From assembly GCA_913055855.1 (NCBI GenBank), contig CAJXKW010000002.1:9150-73149 (forward strand): a stretch of 64,000 nucleotides of DNA. The letters run 5' to 3'. Both the position numbers and the translations under genes were made by a program. How positions within the stretch are numbered: position 1 is the stretch's first letter; each line of letters begins with the position of its first letter. Source of the DNA: an uncultured Limimonas sp. Its GTDB lineage: Bacteria; Pseudomonadota; Alphaproteobacteria; Kiloniellales; Rhodovibrionaceae. Positions 34,283 through 40,362 of this stretch are shown piece after piece. A model generated the notes under the pieces. That model was not told the DNA's origin, did no database searches, and was given only the letters and a program-made list of their open reading frames with translations.

Positions 34283-34438
34283 TTAGAAATCCGTGAGATT
34301 GCTGCCGGCACCGCTGTCGCCCGCCGGGCTACCCGTGCCGGCGCAACGCGTCGGATCGACCGAACGCGCCGCCGCGCCATTGCCGGCCGCGAGCGCGATC
34401 ACCACACCTGTCACGAATATCCCGACCCGGCGCCGCAC
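34283..34438 (-). CDS. small secreted peptide precursor (about 51 aa) ending SGAGSNLTDF
   Basis: A putative GTG start at 34438 gives VRRRVGIFVTGVVIALAAGNGAAA (signal-like) + RSVDPTRCAGTGSPAGDSGAGSNLTDF. The last 11 codons, including the stop, match the 3' end of the 28745 gene at 24 of 33 nt, and eight of the ten tail residues are conserved. Confidence 0.5.
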   Translation of the reverse strand: MRRRVGIFVTGVVIALAAGNGAAARSVDPTRCAGTGSPAGDSGAGSNLTDF

Positions 34439-34551
34439 CCTTGCAACCCCTTTCTGCCGAAAGGTGTTTGAAGGATGAGCTTGGACGCCGCGATCTGTCA
34501 ACCGAATCGGGAGGCATTCAACCGAGCAGTCGGCGCTACGGCGCGCCGGTC

Positions 34552-34968
34552 CTAACCCCCGACGATCACCTTGCTCTGCGAGGGCGAGACAATGGTGCCC
34601 GCCGGCACGTTGGCGCTGCTGCCGTTGTGCTTGGTCGGACAGGTCTGGTGCACGGCCGCCTGCCCCTCGACCTTCACCTTGCTGCTGCCCTTGCTGATGC
34701 TCACCGGGCCCTTGATCATGTTCGACACCACGCCGCCGCCGGCCGTGCCCGCTTCATCGCCGGTGGACATCGTGATTTGCGTGCTCTTGGTCACCACGCC
34801 CTGGTTCAGCACCTTCACGCGCTTGGACAGGGTGCCGGGATTGGCCTGCATCAGCATCGTGGTGTTCGGATAGGGCATGGGCGTGGGCCCCGCCGGCGTG
34901 GGGGTCTTGCAGGTATCCGGCCCGCTGGCGACGGCGTTGCCGCCCTGCTTCGTCGATATGGGAAACAC
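34552..34968 (-). CDS. DUF4150 PAAR-like protein (T6SS spike tip), stand-alone 138 aa
   Basis: DTCKTPTPAGPTPMPYPNTTMLMQANPGTLSKRVKVLNQGVV...STGDEAGTAGGGVVSN...VKVEGQAAVHQTCPTKHNG is the DUF4150 signature. Confidence 0.8.
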   Translation of the reverse strand: MFPISTKQGGNAVASGPDTCKTPTPAGPTPMPYPNTTMLMQANPGTLSKRVKVLNQGVVTKSTQITMSTGDEAGTAGGGVVSNMIKGPVSISKGSSKVKVEGQAAVHQTCPTKHNGSSANVPAGTIVSPSQSKVIVGG

Positions 34969-34986
34969 GTGCGTCTCCTCCCCGCG

Positions 34987-35769
34987 TCAGCCCAGGCGGA
35001 TCTGCTCGCCGTCCAGCTTCGCCTCGCCCTTGGCGCGAAGATCCAGCTTGTCCGCGCCCAGATCGCAGGTCTCGTCCACGACCACCCGCATGCGCCCGGC
35101 GTCCTGGCGGTACAGGCCGCTCGCCCGGCGGAAGACACTGCCCGCGCGCTCGACGATGCGACCGGCGCTAACCTCCAGGCGGGACGAAGCCTGGCGCACC
35201 CGCCGGATCGTCGCGGTGAGCGCGTCGGCCCGGACGATCGCCGCGGTCACCGCGAACAGCGCCGAGCGCGCGCGCAGGGTCAGGCGATCCGTCTCCAGAT
35301 GGGCGCTCGCCGTGCTCTCGAAGCGCAGGTTCCGGCCCGCGCGCAGGGCGATGTCCCCGTCCGGCGCCGCGAGCGCCAGGTTCGCCACCGCCCCGGGGCT
35401 CAGGACAAGCTCACCCGTCGCCGGGTCATAGGCGACCACGAGCCCGCGGTCCGGATCGCGGAGCACCAGCCGGCCGCCCTCTTCCTCAGGCCCCGCGGCG
35501 GCGCGCGCGCCCGCTTCCGCGCCGGCGTGGTCGAGCACGCCGATGACATAGGCGCCACCGGCGCCGTCGTCCGCAAGGAGCACCCGGCTCCCGACGGCGC
35601 AGCGGCCGGCCTGCGCCAGGGCGTGCTGCGCCGGCCGGACCGAGCGGCCCGGCGCACCCGCCGGGCGCACGCGATACCCGCCGTCCGCCGTCACCGCCAC
35701 GACCTCCGCCGGCCGGAACGGTGCCGCCGGCTGCGTTGGCGCCGACGCCCGTTCGAGGGTTTCCACCAT
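34987..35769 (-). CDS. DUF3540-like protein
   Basis: This is a 260-aa Ala/Arg-rich beta protein. It occupies the position between the pentapeptide proteins and the PAAR-like gene that DUF3540 holds in vgrG-DUF2169 modules. The call is mainly by context. Confidence 0.45.
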   Translation of the reverse strand: MVETLERASAPTQPAAPFRPAEVVAVTADGGYRVRPAGAPGRSVRPAQHALAQAGRCAVGSRVLLADDGAGGAYVIGVLDHAGAEAGARAAAGPEEEGGRLVLRDPDRGLVVAYDPATGELVLSPGAVANLALAAPDGDIALRAGRNLRFESTASAHLETDRLTLRARSALFAVTAAIVRADALTATIRRVRQASSRLEVSAGRIVERAGSVFRRASGLYRQDAGRMRVVVDETCDLGADKLDLRAKGEAKLDGEQIRLG

Positions 35770-35806
35770 GGCGTCTCTCCCCTTCCCTGTCTGGTGTCAT
35801 GGCGCC

Positions 35807-37810
35807 TCACGGTCGCGGCGGCCGGTACGCTTCCGCCGCGGCGAGGTCCGCATCGGTTCCGCGGGCGCCCTCGCGCCGGGCGCTGCCCCAGCGCGTGTCC
35901 GTCTCGGTGAGCGCGTGCAGGTTGGCGCCGCTCAGGTCGGCCCCGTCGAAACGGGCCCACGACACGTCTGCGCCGTCGAGCTGGGCGTAGGGCATGCGCG
36001 CCCCGTCGAACACGGCCGCGACGGCAACCGCCCGGCTGAGCACGGCTTCATCCAGGCGCGCCCGTGCCAACCGGGCGCCGCGTAGGTTCGCGTCGGCAAA
36101 TGTGGCGATGCGCAGATCCGCGCCGCTCAGGTCGGCACCGGCCAGGCATGTCCCCGCCGCGTCCAGCGCCATCGCCGACGCGGCCTTCAGGTTCGCGCCG
36201 GAGAGATCGGCCCCGCTGACATCGGCGCGCAGCAGGTCCGCCCCGTCGAGCCGGGCGTTTACCAGCACCGCCCCGGCCAGGCACGCGTCGACCAGGCAAC
36301 AGCCGGAAAGCGCCTGTCCGGACAGGTCGCTGCCGGCAAAATCCGCCTGCCGGTAGTGCCCGCCCGCGAGCCGCGCCGTGGTCAGGTCGCAACCCTTCGC
36401 CGTCAGGCCCGCCGCCGAGGCACCGCGCAGATCCAACCCGTCTGCACCCGCCCCGCCGATATCCGCGTGGTCAAGGCACGCCTCGCGCAGGTCGGTCCCG
36501 TCGAGGACCGCGGCGTCGAGCCGGGCGGCCGCGAGCTGTGCCCGGCCCGCGCGCGCCCCGGTCAGGTCGGCGCCGCTGAGCGTGCTCTCGCGCAGATCCG
36601 CCCCGGTCAGATCGCACGCCGCCAGACGCGCCTTGGACATATCTCCGCGGGGCCAAACCGCATGGGCCAGACCCGCCTTGGCGAAGTCGGCGCCGGCCGC
36701 GATCGCGCCGGTCAGCGCCGCGCAGTCGAGCTGCGCCGCGACCAGCCGCGCGCCGCTCAGGTCCGCGTGCGCAAGCCGGGCGTCGCGCAGGTCGGCATCG
36801 CTCAGGTCGGTTCCGCGCAGATCCGCCCCGTCCAGGTCCACGCCCCGGAGCCGCGCCCCCGCAAGCTTCGTCCCAGCGAGATCCGCCGCCGCGAAGCGAC
36901 AGCCGGTGAGATCCATCCCGGCGAAATCCGCGCCGGCGAGCGCCTGCCCCGAAAAGTCGCCGGCAAGGCGGCCAAAGGCGCGCACGTCCAGGTCGCCCAG
37001 GGCCACGCCCCGGCACTGTGCCCGGCTCAGGTCGAGCTGGCGCGGCTGCGTACGGTCGAAGTGAACGCCTGACAGCGCCGCGCCGGCAAAGTCCGCGTCG
37101 GCCAGGAAGCACAGCGTATAGCCCACGTCGCGCTGCGCGCTCCCGGCGAATGATGCCGCCGAGAGCATGCACGCCTCGAACCGCACATCGCATACCTGTG
37201 CCCGGGCCATGCCCAGGTCCGCCGCCACGCAGCGCTCGGCGAGCAAATCCGTCAGCGCCGCTCCCGCCAGCGACGTCCGCGCGAGGTTGCACGCATCGAA
37301 TACCACATCCGTCAGATCGGCCCCGTCGAGCACGGCGTCCGCAATGTAGGCGCCGATGAAGCTCGTCCCGGCGACGCAGGCGCCCGCAAGATCCGCCTCG
37401 CCCAGATCCATCTCCCCCCGTACCGGGATCCCCACCCCGACGGCCCGGAGCTCCGCCGCCAGCGCCGGGTCCAGGCCGAGTTCGGCGAACCCGCCGCCAT
37501 CCAACGGCCGCTCGGCGTCGTCCGGCCCGGTCCGGAGGAAAAGACAATCCCGGAGCGTCGCACCCGCGAGGCGCGCGCCGGCGAGATTGACGCGAACGCC
37601 CACGACGCCGGTCAGAACGGCTGCGCCGAGATCCGCGCCGGTGAGATCCACGTCCTGGAAGACGAGGCGGTCGAGCCGCGCGCCCGCCAGGGCAGCGCCC
37701 CTGAGATCGAGGCCGCGGAGCAGGGTGTGGGGCGGAAGCGTCCCCGCGGCGAGCTCGGCAATCGCCGTCTCGCGGGTCAACGGGCCGTGTGCCGTCGCCG
37801 CCTCCGCCAT
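35807..37810 (-). CDS. pentapeptide-repeat protein (667 aa, almost entirely A(D/N)LXX repeats)
   Basis: Examples are GADLRGTDLSDADLRDARLAHADLSGARLVAAQLDCAALTGA. The start ATG at 37810 lies 4 nt after the upstream TAG. Confidence 0.85.
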   Translation of the reverse strand: MAEAATAHGPLTRETAIAELAAGTLPPHTLLRGLDLRGAALAGARLDRLVFQDVDLTGADLGAAVLTGVVGVRVNLAGARLAGATLRDCLFLRTGPDDAERPLDGGGFAELGLDPALAAELRAVGVGIPVRGEMDLGEADLAGACVAGTSFIGAYIADAVLDGADLTDVVFDACNLARTSLAGAALTDLLAERCVAADLGMARAQVCDVRFEACMLSAASFAGSAQRDVGYTLCFLADADFAGAALSGVHFDRTQPRQLDLSRAQCRGVALGDLDVRAFGRLAGDFSGQALAGADFAGMDLTGCRFAAADLAGTKLAGARLRGVDLDGADLRGTDLSDADLRDARLAHADLSGARLVAAQLDCAALTGAIAAGADFAKAGLAHAVWPRGDMSKARLAACDLTGADLRESTLSGADLTGARAGRAQLAAARLDAAVLDGTDLREACLDHADIGGAGADGLDLRGASAAGLTAKGCDLTTARLAGGHYRQADFAGSDLSGQALSGCCLVDACLAGAVLVNARLDGADLLRADVSGADLSGANLKAASAMALDAAGTCLAGADLSGADLRIATFADANLRGARLARARLDEAVLSRAVAVAAVFDGARMPYAQLDGADVSWARFDGADLSGANLHALTETDTRWGSARREGARGTDADLAAAEAYRPPRP

Positions 37811-37814
37811 TGCC

Positions 37815-40328
37815 CTAGGCCCCCGCCAGAAAGCCGGCCAGCTTGGTGCGACCGAGATTGGCGCCCGCAAGCCGCGTCCGCCGAGTCACCACGACATTAA
37901 GGAACTCCGCCTCGAAGGCGTTGCAGGCGCTCAGGTCCGCGTCCGACAAATCGGTCCCTTCCAGGTCGGCGCGGAACAGGTCCGCCGCGGCCAGGCGCGC
38001 CCGCGCCGCTTGCACGCCGTTCAGCCGCCCCTCGCGCAGGTCCGCGGCGTACAGGTCGGCGTCCGTCAGATCCGCCGCCGATAGGTCGGCGCGCGCCATG
38101 TCCGCGTAGGCCAGCACCGCGCCCGCGAGCTGCGCCCCGGCCAGGACGGCCCCCGGGGCCGTCACCTGGCGCAGGTCCGCCGCCGGCAGGCGAACGCGGG
38201 CCCCCATCCTGGCCTTGGTCAGGTCGGCACCGGCGAGGCACACGGACTCGCCGTGCGCCCCCTCCAGCAGCGCCTCGACCAGGGACGCGCGCAGGAAATC
38301 CGCCCGGTCCAACAGGGCATCCGACAGGTCCGCACCGTCCAGGACGGCGCCGGCGAGCGCGCCGTCGGTGAAGTCCGCCCCGGCGAAGCGGCAACCCGCC
38401 GCCGCCGCGCCGGCCAGACGAACGCGCGCGGCCCGGACGCGCTCGCCGGTGGCGTTGCCGAGCTGGGCTTCCGTCAGATCGGTTTCGACGAGCCGGGCAT
38501 CCGTAAGATCGGCGCCCTCGAGCCGGGCACCGGCGAGGCGGGCGCGGCTCAGCTCTGCGCCGGCGAGCGTGGCCCCCGTCAGCTCCGCACCGCTCAGATC
38601 GGCTGCCGTGAGGATGGCGTCCTGCAGAATCGCCCCGGGGAGGCGGGCGCCCGCGAGAACGGCGCCGGTCAGGTCGGCGCCGCTCAGGTCCGTCTCCGCC
38701 AGGTCTGCCCCCTGGAGATCCGCGCCCGAAAGCTCCGCACCGCCCATGTCGGCGGCTGCCAGCCGGGCCCGGCACAGCTTGGCGCCGGCGAGACCCGCCC
38801 CCGCCAGCGCCGCGCCGGCAAGGTTCAGCCCCGTCAGGTCCATCGCGCCCAGCTTCGCGCCCGCGAGGCTCGTCCCCTCGGCGACGCGGGCGGCCACGGC
38901 GGCGCCGTCCTCGGGCTGCGGAACCCCATCCGCCGCCGCCTCGACCGGGTCGAGCAGCGACGGGTCAAGCCCGAGCTTTTCCAGCTTGCTCCGCGTCCGG
39001 GCGCGCACCCGGTCGAGTTCCGCCTGCGCGGCATCCGCATCGACCCCCATCTCGGCGTAGAATCCCGCCAGGGCCGTGCCCGGATCCTCGCCCGCCTCCA
39101 TCCGGTCGAGGAACGCCGAACTCACGCCCAGCGCCGTGCACCGGGCACGGACCTCGGCGAAGGCCTTGGCGAGATGGGCGGCCAGCTCCGGGTCGGTCTC
39201 GGCTTCCCCCTCCCCTTCCGCGTCCGGGGGCGGATCCGGCTGATCGGGCGCGGGCACCGGCGCCGCGTCGGCAGCTTCCGCCGCAGCCAGTTTGGCGCGA
39301 TACGCCGCTTCGGGCAGCGGCGCCTCGTCCAGCGGCTCGGCGCCCAGCACGATCTCGGTCAGCTCGCCGGCATCGGGCGTTGCCACGGCAACGTGGCCGC
39401 GCCAGAGCAGCACCAGGGTCTGCGCATCGACGTCCACCCAGAGCGTATCCAGGCGCAGCGGCACTTCGCGCATGGGCCCGGCGCTTCCGTCCGCTTCGCC
39501 GGCGTGCAGCCACGCGCGGGCGCGAAGGCCGGGCAACCGGGCGCGGTAATACGCCCGATCGGGGTGCATGTGCTCCATGACCAGCGGCTCGTCGCCGCGC
39601 AAGGGGACGGCCCGGCGCTGGTCCGGCGGCGCCGAGCTGAAGTGCACCCAGTCGAAGTCGTCCGGAAACCACGGCCAGCGCTCGGCCAGCCACGCCGCGT
39701 CGTAGGTGCCGGTCATGCGGCGCTGCGGCCAGGTGCGGGCGATGGGGGCGAAGCCGGCCACGGGCTGGACCTCGCCCGGCTGGCCCATCGGCGCGCGCGG
39801 GTCGACGACGTTGGGCAGCGGCCAAACCTCGCCGCCGTCCGCCCCGGTTCGCGGCGAGGCCCCGCGGCCAAGGGGATTTTCCGGCACCCCGGGGCCGCCG
39901 AAAGCGCGCTCGTAGGTCAACGGCATGGCCGTGAACGCCTGCGGCTCCGTCGTCCGCGCGCCGCGTCCACGCCCCAGCCAGTAGCGGTCGCCGAACACGG
40001 ACAACCGCTTGTGCCAGCCGCCCACGCCGAAGCCCACCGTCAGGGCCGGCACCGGCCAGGCCTCGGGCGCGCGGGCGTGGCCGACGAGGGTGATGTCCAG
40101 GCCCGGCTTGTGCGGCACCAGATCCGTGGCATACCGCAGGCTCGCCTCGGGATCGTCGCCGTGGAACAGGTCGCCGGCGAGCAGCGGGCGCTCGGCCAGG
40201 GGCTGCGCCGGCGCATCCGGCTGCAGCGCGAAGGCGCCCTTCACCACGACCGTCAGCCCCGGCTGTGGCGGCGCGACCCGGCAGGGCATCCAGCCCACCG
40301 CAAAGGGGGTGTCGTTGACAATGCGCAT
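37815..40328 (-). CDS. DUF2169 (T6SS adaptor family) fused to a C-terminal pentapeptide-repeat domain, 837 aa
   Basis: The N-terminus MRIVNDTPFAVGWMPCRVAPPQPGLTVVVKGAF...DLVPHKPGLDITLVGHA is DUF2169-like. The C-terminal ~370 aa are repeats of the type GADLSGADLQGADLAETDLSGADLTGAVLAGARL. Confidence 0.7.
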   Translation of the reverse strand: MRIVNDTPFAVGWMPCRVAPPQPGLTVVVKGAFALQPDAPAQPLAERPLLAGDLFHGDDPEASLRYATDLVPHKPGLDITLVGHARAPEAWPVPALTVGFGVGGWHKRLSVFGDRYWLGRGRGARTTEPQAFTAMPLTYERAFGGPGVPENPLGRGASPRTGADGGEVWPLPNVVDPRAPMGQPGEVQPVAGFAPIARTWPQRRMTGTYDAAWLAERWPWFPDDFDWVHFSSAPPDQRRAVPLRGDEPLVMEHMHPDRAYYRARLPGLRARAWLHAGEADGSAGPMREVPLRLDTLWVDVDAQTLVLLWRGHVAVATPDAGELTEIVLGAEPLDEAPLPEAAYRAKLAAAEAADAAPVPAPDQPDPPPDAEGEGEAETDPELAAHLAKAFAEVRARCTALGVSSAFLDRMEAGEDPGTALAGFYAEMGVDADAAQAELDRVRARTRSKLEKLGLDPSLLDPVEAAADGVPQPEDGAAVAARVAEGTSLAGAKLGAMDLTGLNLAGAALAGAGLAGAKLCRARLAAADMGGAELSGADLQGADLAETDLSGADLTGAVLAGARLPGAILQDAILTAADLSGAELTGATLAGAELSRARLAGARLEGADLTDARLVETDLTEAQLGNATGERVRAARVRLAGAAAAGCRFAGADFTDGALAGAVLDGADLSDALLDRADFLRASLVEALLEGAHGESVCLAGADLTKARMGARVRLPAADLRQVTAPGAVLAGAQLAGAVLAYADMARADLSAADLTDADLYAADLREGRLNGVQAARARLAAADLFRADLEGTDLSDADLSACNAFEAEFLNVVVTRRTRLAGANLGRTKLAGFLAGA

Positions 40329-40362
40329 GGGCGCGGCCCTCGTCTCGCCGGCGCGTTCGGCG

